From Escherichia phage T4, in the sequence record NC_000866.4: a stretch of DNA of 64,000 bases; one strand, given 5' to 3'. The notes beneath the pieces are model-generated. The model was given only the letters and a program-made list of their open reading frames with translations, did no database searches and was not told where the DNA came from. Made by a program: the position numbers and the translations under genes. How positions within the stretch are numbered: position 1 is the stretch's first letter; every line of letters starts with the position of its first letter. Below are positions 43,640-55,317 of this stretch, in pieces.

Positions 43640-44293
43640 TCAATACTTGCAAGATTTCACAGTTTCAATGAAAACATTTTTAGCTTTCTGTGAATCAATA
43701 TTTAAAATTTTTCTATAAGCCTTTAACTTTATAGAATAATTATTCCAGACTAAATTATCAGTCTGTTCATCATGTTTATCAATTATATTTAAAAACGAAT
43801 CAAGCAAGATAAACGTCTCAAACGAAATTATGTTCGATTGCAGAAGTTTAAAAATATAACTTGATTGAACTTTTGGATTATACTCAAAAATTTCTTTAAA
43901 AGCAGAAACTTCAACTTTTTTACTAAAATAATAAATGTTGCGAATATCTTCTTCAAACTTAAATTTAATTTGCTTTAAGCGTCCGATATATTCACGATAA
44001 AACACAAGTGCATCAGCGTCAGAGATGTCACCAATCCAAGCATCTTGGTTAGCAACCAAATTGCTTATAAAGATTAAAGCAAGTTCCTTTAATTTATATT
44101 TTTCTGATAACTTCTGGAAAAAATACTTATCCCTTCGCTTTTGATAAGCGGCATCAGACACCCGCATGCACCAATTATACTTAATTACATCATACTTTCC
44201 ATTCATATGTTGTTTTATCATTAAGTATAATTTATAAACTGATTTACCATCAATGTATCTTTCACCACCAGCAGGCATGCGGAGTTTAATCAT
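43640..44293 (-). CDS. 59: gp59 helicase loader
   Basis: 217-aa ORF recognised as T4 gp59. Confidence 0.92.
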   Translation of the reverse strand: MIKLRMPAGGERYIDGKSVYKLYLMIKQHMNGKYDVIKYNWCMRVSDAAYQKRRDKYFFQKLSEKYKLKELALIFISNLVANQDAWIGDISDADALVFYREYIGRLKQIKFKFEEDIRNIYYFSKKVEVSAFKEIFEYNPKVQSSYIFKLLQSNIISFETFILLDSFLNIIDKHDEQTDNLVWNNYSIKLKAYRKILNIDSQKAKNVFIETVKSCKY

Positions 44294-44628
44294 AGTAGAA
44301 AATCTAATGTATTAGTTTTTTCACAACGAACAACAGAAGGACGTAAAAGATTTTCGTCAATAGCTTCTGACTGAATTTTTTCAATTATACCCGAAGGAAT
44401 AAATTTAGCAAATTGAGTTTCAGGAATAGAATTTTCTTCTAAGAATGCTGTTGTAGCTTCAAGATAACTCATTCCAAACTCTTCTACCATTTTTTCAATA
44501 ATAAATCCATTTTCTTGGCGGTCAAGAAGCTTTGCTATTTCATCCTTTTCTTTCTTAATTGAAAGTTCTTTTTCTGAAAGACCGGTCTCATCGACCGGAC
44601 GAATATCATTTAGAGAAAACTGTGTCAT
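44290..44628 (-). CDS. 33: gp33 late transcription co-activator
   Basis: 112 aa from MTQFSLNDIRPVD...; track ORF extends 3 codons upstream. Confidence 0.85.
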   Translation of the reverse strand: MTQFSLNDIRPVDETGLSEKELSIKKEKDEIAKLLDRQENGFIIEKMVEEFGMSYLEATTAFLEENSIPETQFAKFIPSGIIEKIQSEAIDENLLRPSVVRCEKTNTLDFLL

Positions 44629-44875
44629 AAAGTTCAACTACCTCTTCAGTTTCAGCTTCAAACACATCACGGTTATCTTTATGATACAAAGCTAATAGAC
44701 GATTAAACATCTTACCATCAACGCCAAGTTCATCTTTAGCACGAATTCGAATATCTTTAATCAGTTCATTATAACCGGAAATTTTCAGTTTATGATCAGA
44801 TGCTTCTTTAATAAATTTAGCCAAGTCTTCGCCATGGATAGCTTCATCAAATTCAACCATTTCTTTTTTAGCCAT
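44606..44875 (-). CDS. dsbA: DsbA double-stranded DNA-binding protein
   Basis: 89-aa ORF at the T4 dsbA position, overlapping gene 33 start. Confidence 0.8.
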   Translation of the reverse strand: MAKKEMVEFDEAIHGEDLAKFIKEASDHKLKISGYNELIKDIRIRAKDELGVDGKMFNRLLALYHKDNRDVFEAETEEVVELYDTVFSK

Positions 44876-44883
44876 TATTCACC

Positions 44884-45801
44884 TCAAAATTCATTAATGC
44901 TATTAGTTAATTTAGAAAGACCCGCTTTTACAAAATATGAATAAATTTTGCCACGCGGTGGTAATTTATATGAATTATAGTAATTCACAATGTTTGAAGC
45001 AATATTATCAGGAATATAATCAAAATCAATTAGAACTAAATTTTCTTTATAACGATTATATTCAGATTCAGTGAGAAGCACCTTAGCTTGCTCACGGTCA
45101 TTAGCAATAGCTTCAACGATTGAAGTTTTCATTGAAGGAGTTCGTTCACCTTCAACTCTGGTAAACCAAAAGTCAGATCGTACTTTAACTGAAGCAACGT
45201 TATCCTTTTTGTCGCCTTTAAGGATTTTAGTCATACAGTCAATTTCAGCAGAACCGCTTTTAATTTTAACCCATTTCTTATGCATCGGAGACCATTGCTT
45301 AACATTTGGATATTTGTGAAGCTGAGTAAAGTCACCATCTGACGAAATGATTAAAATCTTATGTCCTTCTAAAGAGAACTTTTTAACAAGAACAGCAATG
45401 TGGTCATCTGCTTCATACTTATCAATATCCATAACAATGTATGGCATATAAGCTTTCAATTCATCTATAACTTTATGGCTGGATTCAAAATAACCTTCCC
45501 AGTCCCAAGTAGATTCTTCTCGTGCTTTTCCACGGTTTTTCTTATAATAATAAGCGAAATCACGACGCCAATATCCAGATTTCGCGTTATCAATACACAG
45601 TACAATTTTAGTGTATCCAAGCGTTTTTGCTTTTTTGACATTAAACTTAATTGAGTTCAATATCAAATGACGAACCATTGATAAATTAATTTTTTCTTTA
45701 TCTGGGAAGTTTACCAAAGCAGTTGAAAGCGCAATTTGACTAAAGTCAATTAAGCAGATTCCTTCTTTGTAATCTTCATCCAACATCATTTCTAAATCCA
45801 T
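44884..45801 (-). CDS. rnh: RNase H (5-prime to 3-prime exonuclease / flap endonuclease)
   Basis: 305 aa from MDLEMMLDEDYKEGICLIDFSQ; track ORF extends 5 codons upstream. Confidence 0.9.
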   Translation of the reverse strand: MDLEMMLDEDYKEGICLIDFSQIALSTALVNFPDKEKINLSMVRHLILNSIKFNVKKAKTLGYTKIVLCIDNAKSGYWRRDFAYYYKKNRGKAREESTWDWEGYFESSHKVIDELKAYMPYIVMDIDKYEADDHIAVLVKKFSLEGHKILIISSDGDFTQLHKYPNVKQWSPMHKKWVKIKSGSAEIDCMTKILKGDKKDNVASVKVRSDFWFTRVEGERTPSMKTSIVEAIANDREQAKVLLTESEYNRYKENLVLIDFDYIPDNIASNIVNYYNSYKLPPRGKIYSYFVKAGLSKLTNSINEF

Positions 45802-45863
45802 ATGAACCTCGTTCAATTAGTGAGATTTCTATTATATACCATCCAAATCTTAAAGTAAACAAG

Positions 45864-45871
45864 TATAAATA
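45864..45871 (+). promoter_or_regulatory. Late promoter TATAAATA upstream of gene 34
   Basis: exact TATAAATA about 35 nt upstream of the ATG. Confidence 0.6.
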
Positions 45872-45905
45872 CTTATTATTGAAAACACAATAGGAGCCCG
45901 GGAGA

Positions 45906-48900
45906 ATGGCCGAGATTAAAAGAGAATTCAGAGCAGAAGATGGTCTGGACGCAGGTGGTGATAAAATAATCAACGTAGCTTTAGCTGATCGTACCGTAGG
46001 AACTGACGGTGTTAACGTTGATTACTTAATTCAAGAAAACACAGTTCAACAGTATGATCCAACTCGTGGATATTTAAAAGATTTTGTAATCATTTATGAT
46101 AACCGCTTTTGGGCTGCTATAAATGATATTCCAAAACCAGCAGGAGCTTTTAATAGCGGACGCTGGAGAGCATTACGTACCGATGCTAACTGGATTACGG
46201 TTTCATCTGGTTCATATCAATTAAAATCTGGTGAAGCAATTTCGGTTAACACCGCAGCTGGAAATGACATCACGTTTACTTTACCATCTTCTCCAATTGA
46301 TGGTGATACTATCGTTCTCCAAGATATTGGAGGAAAACCTGGAGTTAACCAAGTTTTAATTGTAGCTCCAGTACAAAGTATTGTAAACTTTAGAGGTGAA
46401 CAGGTACGTTCAGTACTAATGACTCATCCAAAGTCACAGCTAGTTTTAATTTTTAGTAATCGTCTGTGGCAAATGTATGTTGCTGATTATAGTAGAGAAG
46501 CTATAGTTGTAACACCAGCGAATACTTATCAAGCGCAATCCAACGATTTTATCGTACGTAGATTTACTTCTGCTGCACCAATTAATGTCAAACTTCCAAG
46601 ATTTGCTAATCATGGCGATATTATTAATTTCGTCGATTTAGATAAACTAAATCCGCTTTATCATACAATTGTTACTACATACGATGAAACGACTTCAGTA
46701 CAAGAAGTTGGAACTCATTCCATTGAAGGCCGTACATCGATTGACGGTTTCTTGATGTTTGATGATAATGAGAAATTATGGAGACTGTTTGACGGGGATA
46801 GTAAAGCGCGTTTACGTATCATAACGACTAATTCAAACATTCGTCCAAATGAAGAAGTTATGGTATTTGGTGCGAATAACGGAACAACTCAAACAATTGA
46901 GCTTAAGCTTCCAACTAATATTTCTGTTGGTGATACTGTTAAAATTTCCATGAATTACATGAGAAAAGGACAAACAGTTAAAATCAAAGCTGCTGATGAA
47001 GATAAAATTGCTTCTTCAGTTCAATTGCTGCAATTCCCAAAACGCTCAGAATATCCACCTGAAGCTGAATGGGTTACAGTTCAAGAATTAGTTTTTAACG
47101 ATGAAACTAATTATGTTCCAGTTTTGGAGCTTGCTTACATAGAAGATTCTGATGGAAAATATTGGGTTGTACAGCAAAACGTTCCAACTGTAGAAAGAGT
47201 AGATTCTTTAAATGATTCTACTAGAGCAAGATTAGGCGTAATTGCTTTAGCTACACAAGCTCAAGCTAATGTCGATTTAGAAAATTCTCCACAAAAAGAA
47301 TTAGCAATTACTCCAGAAACGTTAGCTAATCGTACTGCTACAGAAACTCGCAGAGGTATTGCAAGAATAGCAACTACTGCTCAAGTGAATCAGAACACCA
47401 CATTCTCTTTTGCTGATGATATTATCATCACTCCTAAAAAGCTGAATGAAAGAACTGCTACAGAAACTCGTAGAGGTGTCGCAGAAATTGCTACGCAGCA
47501 AGAAACTAATGCAGGAACCGATGATACTACAATCATCACTCCTAAAAAGCTTCAAGCTCGTCAAGGTTCTGAATCATTATCTGGTATTGTAACCTTTGTA
47601 TCTACTGCAGGTGCTACTCCAGCTTCTAGCCGTGAATTAAATGGTACGAATGTTTATAATAAAAACACTGATAATTTAGTTGTTTCACCTAAAGCTTTGG
47701 ATCAGTATAAAGCTACTCCAACACAGCAAGGTGCAGTAATTTTAGCAGTTGAAAGTGAAGTAATTGCTGGACAAAGTCAGCAAGGATGGGCAAATGCTGT
47801 TGTAACGCCAGAAACGTTACATAAAAAGACATCAACTGATGGAAGAATTGGTTTAATTGAAATTGCTACGCAAAGTGAAGTTAATACAGGAACTGATTAT
47901 ACTCGTGCAGTCACTCCTAAAACTTTAAATGACCGTAGAGCAACTGAAAGTTTAAGTGGTATAGCTGAAATTGCTACACAAGTTGAATTCGACGCAGGCG
48001 TCGACGATACTCGTATCTCTACACCATTAAAAATTAAAACCAGATTTAATAGTACTGATCGTACTTCTGTTGTTGCTCTATCTGGATTAGTTGAATCAGG
48101 AACTCTCTGGGACCATTATACACTTAATATTCTTGAAGCAAATGAGACACAACGTGGTACACTTCGTGTAGCTACGCAGGTCGAAGCTGCTGCGGGAACA
48201 TTAGATAATGTTTTAATAACTCCTAAAAAGCTTTTAGGTACTAAATCTACTGAAGCGCAAGAGGGTGTTATTAAAGTTGCAACTCAGTCTGAAACTGTGA
48301 CTGGAACGTCAGCAAATACTGCTGTATCTCCAAAAAATTTAAAATGGATTGCGCAGAGTGAACCTACTTGGGCAGCTACTACTGCAATAAGAGGTTTTGT
48401 TAAAACTTCATCTGGTTCAATTACATTCGTTGGTAATGATACAGTCGGTTCTACCCAAGATTTAGAACTGTATGAGAAAAATAGCTATGCGGTATCACCA
48501 TATGAATTAAACCGTGTATTAGCAAATTATTTGCCACTAAAAGCAAAAGCTGCTGATACAAATTTATTGGATGGTCTAGATTCATCTCAGTTCATTCGTA
48601 GGGATATTGCACAGACGGTTAATGGTTCACTAACCTTAACCCAACAAACGAATCTGAGTGCCCCTCTTGTATCATCTAGTACTGGTGAATTTGGTGGTTC
48701 ATTGGCCGCTAATAGAACATTTACCATCCGTAATACAGGAGCCCCGACTAGTATCGTTTTCGAAAAAGGTCCTGCATCCGGGGCAAATCCTGCACAGTCA
48801 ATGAGTATTCGTGTATGGGGTAACCAATTTGGCGGCGGTAGTGATACGACCCGTTCGACAGTGTTTGAAGTTGGCGATGACACATCTCATCACTTTTATT

Positions 48901-49775
48901 CTCAACGTAATAAAGACGGTAATATAGCGTTTAACATTAATGGTACTGTAATGCCAATAAACATTAATGCTTCCGGTTTGATGAATGTGAATGGCACTGC
49001 AACATTCGGTCGTTCAGTTACAGCCAATGGTGAATTCATCAGCAAGTCTGCAAATGCTTTTAGAGCAATAAACGGTGATTACGGATTCTTTATTCGTAAT
49101 GATGCCTCTAATACCTATTTTTTGCTCACTGCAGCCGGTGATCAGACTGGTGGTTTTAATGGATTACGCCCATTATTAATTAATAATCAATCCGGTCAGA
49201 TTACAATTGGTGAAGGCTTAATCATTGCCAAAGGTGTTACTATAAATTCAGGCGGTTTAACTGTTAACTCGAGAATTCGTTCTCAGGGTACTAAAACATC
49301 TGATTTATATACCCGTGCGCCAACATCTGATACTGTAGGATTCTGGTCAATCGATATTAATGATTCAGCCACTTATAACCAGTTCCCGGGTTATTTTAAA
49401 ATGGTTGAAAAAACTAATGAAGTGACTGGGCTTCCATACTTAGAACGTGGCGAAGAAGTTAAATCTCCTGGTACACTGACTCAGTTTGGTAACACACTTG
49501 ATTCGCTTTACCAAGATTGGATTACTTATCCAACGACGCCAGAAGCGCGTACCACTCGCTGGACACGTACATGGCAGAAAACCAAAAACTCTTGGTCAAG
49601 TTTTGTTCAGGTATTTGACGGAGGTAACCCTCCTCAACCATCTGATATCGGTGCTTTACCATCTGATAATGCTACAATGGGGAATCTTACTATTCGTGAT
49701 TTCTTGCGAATTGGTAATGTTCGCATTGTTCCTGACCCAGTGAATAAAACGGTTAAATTTGAATGGGTTGAATAA
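45906..49775 (+). CDS. 34: Long tail fibre proximal subunit gp34
   Basis: 1289-aa ORF; size and position match T4 gp34; internal repeats such as TPKKL...TATETRRG. Confidence 0.95.
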   Translation: MAEIKREFRAEDGLDAGGDKIINVALADRTVGTDGVNVDYLIQENTVQQYDPTRGYLKDFVIIYDNRFWAAINDIPKPAGAFNSGRWRALRTDANWITVSSGSYQLKSGEAISVNTAAGNDITFTLPSSPIDGDTIVLQDIGGKPGVNQVLIVAPVQSIVNFRGEQVRSVLMTHPKSQLVLIFSNRLWQMYVADYSREAIVVTPANTYQAQSNDFIVRRFTSAAPINVKLPRFANHGDIINFVDLDKLNPLYHTIVTTYDETTSVQEVGTHSIEGRTSIDGFLMFDDNEKLWRLFDGDSKARLRIITTNSNIRPNEEVMVFGANNGTTQTIELKLPTNISVGDTVKISMNYMRKGQTVKIKAADEDKIASSVQLLQFPKRSEYPPEAEWVTVQELVFNDETNYVPVLELAYIEDSDGKYWVVQQNVPTVERVDSLNDSTRARLGVIALATQAQANVDLENSPQKELAITPETLANRTATETRRGIARIATTAQVNQNTTFSFADDIIITPKKLNERTATETRRGVAEIATQQETNAGTDDTTIITPKKLQARQGSESLSGIVTFVSTAGATPASSRELNGTNVYNKNTDNLVVSPKALDQYKATPTQQGAVILAVESEVIAGQSQQGWANAVVTPETLHKKTSTDGRIGLIEIATQSEVNTGTDYTRAVTPKTLNDRRATESLSGIAEIATQVEFDAGVDDTRISTPLKIKTRFNSTDRTSVVALSGLVESGTLWDHYTLNILEANETQRGTLRVATQVEAAAGTLDNVLITPKKLLGTKSTEAQEGVIKVATQSETVTGTSANTAVSPKNLKWIAQSEPTWAATTAIRGFVKTSSGSITFVGNDTVGSTQDLELYEKNSYAVSPYELNRVLANYLPLKAKAADTNLLDGLDSSQFIRRDIAQTVNGSLTLTQQTNLSAPLVSSSTGEFGGSLAANRTFTIRNTGAPTSIVFEKGPASGANPAQSMSIRVWGNQFGGGSDTTRSTVFEVGDDTSHHFYSQRNKDGNIAFNINGTVMPININASGLMNVNGTATFGRSVTANGEFISKSANAFRAINGDYGFFIRNDASNTYFLLTAAGDQTGGFNGLRPLLINNQSGQITIGEGLIIAKGVTINSGGLTVNSRIRSQGTKTSDLYTRAPTSDTVGFWSIDINDSATYNQFPGYFKMVEKTNEVTGLPYLERGEEVKSPGTLTQFGNTLDSLYQDWITYPTTPEARTTRWTRTWQKTKNSWSSFVQVFDGGNPPQPSDIGALPSDNATMGNLTIRDFLRIGNVRIVPDPVNKTVKFEWVE

Positions 49776-49783
49776 GAGGTATT

Positions 49784-50902
49784 ATGGAAAAATTTATGGC
49801 CGAGTTTGGACAAGGATATGTCCAAACGCCATTTTTATCGGAAAGTAATTCAGTAAGATATAAAATAAGTATAGCGGGTTCTTGCCCGCTTTCTACAGCA
49901 GGACCATCATATGTTAAATTTCAGGATAATCCTGTAGGAAGTCAAACATTTAGCGCAGGCCTCCATTTAAGAGTTTTTGACCCTTCCACCGGAGCATTAG
50001 TTGATAGTAAGTCATATGCCTTTTCGACTTCAAATGATACTACATCAGCTGCTTTTGTTAGTTTCATGAATTCTTTGACGAATAATCGAATTGTTGCTAT
50101 ATTAACTAGTGGAAAGGTTAATTTTCCTCCTGAAGTAGTATCTTGGTTAAGAACCGCCGGAACGTCTGCCTTTCCATCTGATTCTATATTGTCAAGATTT
50201 GACGTATCATATGCTGCTTTTTATACTTCTTCTAAAAGAGCTATCGCATTAGAGCATGTTAAACTGAGTAATAGAAAAAGCACAGATGATTATCAAACTA
50301 TTTTAGATGTTGTATTTGACAGTTTAGAAGATGTAGGGGCTACCGGGTTTCCAAGAGGAACGTATGAAAGTGTTGAGCAATTCATGTCGGCAGTTGGTGG
50401 AACTAATGACGAAATTGCGAGATTGCCAACTTCAGCTGCTATAAGTAAATTATCTGATTATAATTTAATTCCTGGAGATGTTCTTTATCTTAAAGCTCAG
50501 TTATATGCTGATGCTGATTTACTTGCTCTTGGAACTACAAATATATCTATCCGTTTTTATAATGCATCTAACGGATATATTTCTTCAACACAAGCTGAAT
50601 TTACTGGGCAAGCTGGGTCATGGGAATTAAAGGAAGATTATGTAGTTGTTCCAGAAAACGCAGTAGGATTTACGATATACGCACAGAGAACTGCACAAGC
50701 TGGCCAAGGTGGCATGAGAAATTTAAGCTTTTCTGAAGTATCAAGAAATGGCGGCATTTCGAAACCTGCTGAATTTGGCGTCAATGGTATTCGTGTTAAT
50801 TATATCTGCGAATCCGCTTCACCCCCGGATATAATGGTACTTCCTACGCAAGCATCGTCTAAAACTGGTAAAGTGTTTGGGCAAGAATTTAGAGAAGTTT
50901 AA
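49784..50902 (+). CDS. 35: Long tail fibre hinge protein gp35
   Basis: 372-aa ORF. Confidence 0.9.
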   Translation: MEKFMAEFGQGYVQTPFLSESNSVRYKISIAGSCPLSTAGPSYVKFQDNPVGSQTFSAGLHLRVFDPSTGALVDSKSYAFSTSNDTTSAAFVSFMNSLTNNRIVAILTSGKVNFPPEVVSWLRTAGTSAFPSDSILSRFDVSYAAFYTSSKRAIALEHVKLSNRKSTDDYQTILDVVFDSLEDVGATGFPRGTYESVEQFMSAVGGTNDEIARLPTSAAISKLSDYNLIPGDVLYLKAQLYADADLLALGTTNISIRFYNASNGYISSTQAEFTGQAGSWELKEDYVVVPENAVGFTIYAQRTAQAGQGGMRNLSFSEVSRNGGISKPAEFGVNGIRVNYICESASPPDIMVLPTQASSKTGKVFGQEFREV

Positions 50903-50907
50903 ATTGA

Positions 50908-50930
50908 GGGACCCTTCGGGTTCCCTTTTT
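50908..50930 (+). terminator. Hairpin terminator after gene 35
   Basis: GGGACCC-ttcg-GGTTCCC followed by TTTTT. Confidence 0.6.
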
Positions 50931-50933
50931 CTT

Positions 50934-50941
50934 TATAAATA
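50934..50941 (+). promoter_or_regulatory. Late promoter TATAAATA upstream of gene 36
   Basis: exact TATAAATA 24 nt upstream of the ATG. Confidence 0.6.
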
Positions 50942-50964
50942 CTATTCAAATAAAGGGGCATACA

Positions 50965-51630
50965 ATGGCTGATTTAAAAGTAGGTTCAACAACTGGAGGC
51001 TCTGTCATTTGGCATCAAGGAAATTTTCCATTGAATCCAGCCGGTGACGATGTACTCTATAAATCATTTAAAATATATTCAGAATATAACAAACCACAAG
51101 CTGCTGATAACGATTTCGTTTCTAAAGCTAATGGTGGTACTTATGCATCAAAGGTAACATTTAACGCTGGCATTCAAGTCCCATATGCTCCAAACATCAT
51201 GAGCCCATGCGGGATTTATGGGGGTAACGGTGATGGTGCTACTTTTGATAAAGCAAATATCGATATTGTTTCATGGTATGGCGTAGGATTTAAATCGTCA
51301 TTTGGTTCAACAGGCCGAACTGTTGTAATTAATACACGCAATGGTGATATTAACACAAAAGGTGTTGTGTCGGCAGCTGGTCAAGTAAGAAGTGGTGCGG
51401 CTGCTCCTATAGCAGCGAATGACCTTACTAGAAAGGACTATGTTGATGGAGCAATAAATACTGTTACTGCAAATGCAAACTCTAGGGTGCTACGGTCTGG
51501 TGACACCATGACAGGTAATTTAACAGCGCCAAACTTTTTCTCGCAGAATCCTGCATCTCAACCCTCACACGTTCCACGATTTGACCAAATCGTAATTAAG
51601 GATTCTGTTCAAGATTTCGGCTATTATTAA
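50965..51630 (+). CDS. 36: Long tail fibre distal connector gp36
   Basis: 221-aa ORF. Confidence 0.9.
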
Positions 51631-51638
51631 GAGGACTT

Positions 51639-54600
51639 ATGGCTACTTTAAAACAAATACAATTTAAAAGAAGCAAAATCGCAGGAACACGTCCTGCTGC
51701 TTCAGTATTAGCCGAAGGTGAATTGGCTATAAACTTAAAAGATAGAACAATTTTTACTAAAGATGATTCAGGAAATATCATCGATCTAGGTTTTGCTAAA
51801 GGCGGGCAAGTTGATGGCAACGTTACTATTAACGGACTTTTGAGATTAAATGGCGATTATGTACAAACAGGTGGAATGACTGTAAACGGACCCATTGGTT
51901 CTACTGATGGCGTCACTGGAAAAATTTTCAGATCTACACAGGGTTCATTTTATGCAAGAGCAACAAACGATACTTCAAATGCCCATTTATGGTTTGAAAA
52001 TGCCGATGGCACTGAACGTGGCGTTATATATGCTCGCCCTCAAACTACAACTGACGGTGAAATACGCCTTAGGGTTAGACAAGGAACAGGAAGCACTGCC
52101 AACAGTGAATTCTATTTCCGCTCTATAAATGGAGGCGAATTTCAGGCTAACCGTATTTTAGCATCAGATTCGTTAGTAACAAAACGCATTGCGGTTGATA
52201 CCGTTATTCATGATGCCAAAGCATTTGGACAATATGATTCTCACTCTTTGGTTAATTATGTTTATCCTGGAACCGGTGAAACAAATGGTGTAAACTATCT
52301 TCGTAAAGTTCGCGCTAAGTCCGGTGGTACAATTTATCATGAAATTGTTACTGCACAAACAGGCCTGGCTGATGAAGTTTCTTGGTGGTCTGGTGATACA
52401 CCAGTATTTAAACTATACGGTATTCGTGACGATGGCAGAATGATTATCCGTAATAGCCTTGCATTAGGTACATTCACTACAAATTTCCCGTCTAGTGATT
52501 ATGGCAACGTCGGTGTAATGGGCGATAAGTATCTTGTTCTCGGCGACACTGTAACTGGCTTGTCATACAAAAAAACTGGTGTATTTGATCTAGTTGGCGG
52601 TGGATATTCTGTTGCTTCTATTACTCCTGACAGTTTCCGTAGTACTCGTAAAGGTATATTTGGTCGTTCTGAGGACCAAGGCGCAACTTGGATAATGCCT
52701 GGTACAAATGCTGCTCTCTTGTCTGTTCAAACACAAGCTGATAATAACAATGCTGGAGACGGACAAACCCATATCGGGTACAATGCTGGCGGTAAAATGA
52801 ACCACTATTTCCGTGGTACAGGTCAGATGAATATCAATACCCAACAAGGTATGGAAATTAACCCGGGTATTTTGAAATTGGTAACTGGCTCTAATAATGT
52901 ACAATTTTACGCTGACGGAACTATTTCTTCCATTCAACCTATTAAATTAGATAACGAGATATTTTTAACTAAATCTAATAATACTGCGGGTCTTAAATTT
53001 GGAGCTCCTAGCCAAGTTGATGGCACAAGGACTATCCAATGGAACGGTGGTACTCGCGAAGGACAGAATAAAAACTATGTGATTATTAAAGCATGGGGTA
53101 ACTCATTTAATGCCACTGGTGATAGATCTCGCGAAACGGTTTTCCAAGTATCAGATAGTCAAGGATATTATTTTTATGCTCATCGTAAAGCTCCAACCGG
53201 CGACGAAACTATTGGACGTATTGAAGCTCAATTTGCTGGGGATGTTTATGCTAAAGGTATTATTGCCAACGGAAATTTTAGAGTTGTTGGGTCAAGCGCT
53301 TTAGCCGGCAATGTTACTATGTCTAACGGTTTGTTTGTCCAAGGTGGTTCTTCTATTACTGGACAAGTTAAAATTGGCGGAACAGCAAACGCACTGAGAA
53401 TTTGGAACGCTGAATATGGTGCTATTTTCCGTCGTTCGGAAAGTAACTTTTATATTATTCCAACCAATCAAAATGAAGGAGAAAGTGGAGACATTCACAG
53501 CTCTTTGAGACCTGTGAGAATAGGATTAAACGATGGCATGGTTGGGTTAGGAAGAGATTCTTTTATAGTAGATCAAAATAATGCTTTAACTACGATAAAC
53601 AGTAACTCTCGCATTAATGCCAACTTTAGAATGCAATTGGGGCAGTCGGCATACATTGATGCAGAATGTACTGATGCTGTTCGCCCGGCGGGTGCAGGTT
53701 CATTTGCTTCCCAGAATAATGAAGACGTCCGTGCGCCGTTCTATATGAATATTGATAGAACTGATGCTAGTGCATATGTTCCTATTTTGAAACAACGTTA
53801 TGTTCAAGGCAATGGCTGCTATTCATTAGGGACTTTAATTAATAATGGTAATTTCCGAGTTCATTACCATGGCGGCGGAGATAACGGTTCTACAGGTCCA
53901 CAGACTGCTGATTTTGGATGGGAATTTATTAAAAACGGTGATTTTATTTCACCTCGCGATTTAATAGCAGGCAAAGTCAGATTTGATAGAACTGGTAATA
54001 TCACTGGTGGTTCTGGTAATTTTGCTAACTTAAACAGTACAATTGAATCACTTAAAACTGATATCATGTCGAGTTACCCAATTGGTGCTCCGATTCCTTG
54101 GCCGAGTGATTCAGTTCCTGCTGGATTTGCTTTGATGGAAGGTCAGACCTTTGATAAGTCCGCATATCCAAAGTTAGCTGTTGCATATCCTAGCGGTGTT
54201 ATTCCAGATATGCGCGGGCAAACTATCAAGGGTAAACCAAGTGGTCGTGCTGTTTTGAGCGCTGAGGCAGATGGTGTTAAGGCTCATAGCCATAGTGCAT
54301 CGGCTTCAAGTACTGACTTAGGTACTAAAACCACATCAAGCTTTGACTATGGTACGAAGGGAACTAACAGTACGGGTGGACACACTCACTCTGGTAGTGG
54401 TTCTACTAGCACAAATGGTGAGCACAGCCACTACATCGAGGCATGGAATGGTACTGGTGTAGGTGGTAATAAGATGTCATCATATGCCATATCATACAGG
54501 GCGGGTGGGAGTAACACTAATGCAGCAGGGAACCACAGTCACACTTTCTCTTTTGGGACTAGCAGTGCTGGCGACCATTCCCACTCTGTAGGTATTGGTG

Positions 54601-54719
54601 CTCATACCCACACGGTAGCAATTGGATCACATGGTCATACTATCACTGTAAATAGTACAGGTAATACAGAAAACACGGTTAAAAACATTGCTTTTAACTA
54701 TATCGTTCGTTTAGCATAA
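51639..54719 (+). CDS. 37: Long tail fibre distal subunit / receptor-binding protein gp37
   Basis: 1026-aa ORF; C-terminal His-x-His repeat region (HSHS, HTHS, HSHY, HSHT, HSHS, HTHT, HGHT). Confidence 0.95.
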
Positions 54720-54723
54720 GGAG

Positions 54724-54741
54724 AGGGGCTTCGGCCCTTCT
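54724..54741 (+). other. RNA hairpin between genes 37 and 38
   Basis: GAGGGGC-ttcg-GCCCTTC. Confidence 0.4.
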
Positions 54742-54745
54742 AAAT

Positions 54746-55297
54746 ATGAAAATATATCATTATTATTTTGACACTAAAGAATTTTACAAAGAAGAAAATT
54801 ACAAACCGGTTAAAGGCCTCGGTCTTCCTGCTCATTCAACAATTAAAAAACCTTTAGAACCTAAAGAAGGATACGCGGTTGTATTTGATGAACGTACTCA
54901 GGATTGGATTTATGAAGAAGACCATCGCGGAAAACGCGCATGGACTTTTAATAAAGAAGAAATTTTTATAAGTGACATTGGAAGCCCGGTTGGTATAACT
55001 TTCGATGAGCCCGGCGAATTTGATATATGGACTGATGACGGTTGGAAAGAAGACGAAACATATAAGCGAGTTTTAATTCGTAATAGAAAAATTGAAGAAT
55101 TATATAAAGAGTTCCAAGTTTTAAATAATATGATTGAAGCTTCTGTCGCCAATAAAAAGGAAAAATTCTATTATAAAAACCTTAAGCGGTTCTTTGCTCT
55201 TTTAGAAAAGCATGAGCATTTAGGTGGTGAATTCCCTTCATGGCCTGAAAAAGAACAGAAGCCTTGGTATAAGCGTTTATTCAAGCATTACGTATAA
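54746..55297 (+). CDS. 38: gp38 tail-fibre assembly / receptor-recognition protein
   Basis: 183-aa ORF directly after gene 37. Confidence 0.88.
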   Translation: MKIYHYYFDTKEFYKEENYKPVKGLGLPAHSTIKKPLEPKEGYAVVFDERTQDWIYEEDHRGKRAWTFNKEEIFISDIGSPVGITFDEPGEFDIWTDDGWKEDETYKRVLIRNRKIEELYKEFQVLNNMIEASVANKKEKFYYKNLKRFFALLEKHEHLGGEFPSWPEKEQKPWYKRLFKHYV

Positions 55298-55300
55298 ATA
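55293..55300 (+). promoter_or_regulatory. Late promoter TATAAATA upstream of holin gene t
   Basis: exact TATAAATA then AAGGAGG ribosome-binding site. Confidence 0.6.
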
Positions 55301-55317
55301 TCTTAAAAGGAGGGTCT

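Noticed and set aside
47322-47564. Repetitive segments inside gene 34 (for example the repeated TPKKL...TATETRRG blocks)
   Set aside because: These are internal protein-coding repeats of the fibrous tail-fibre shaft, not a CRISPR array or a mobile repeat.
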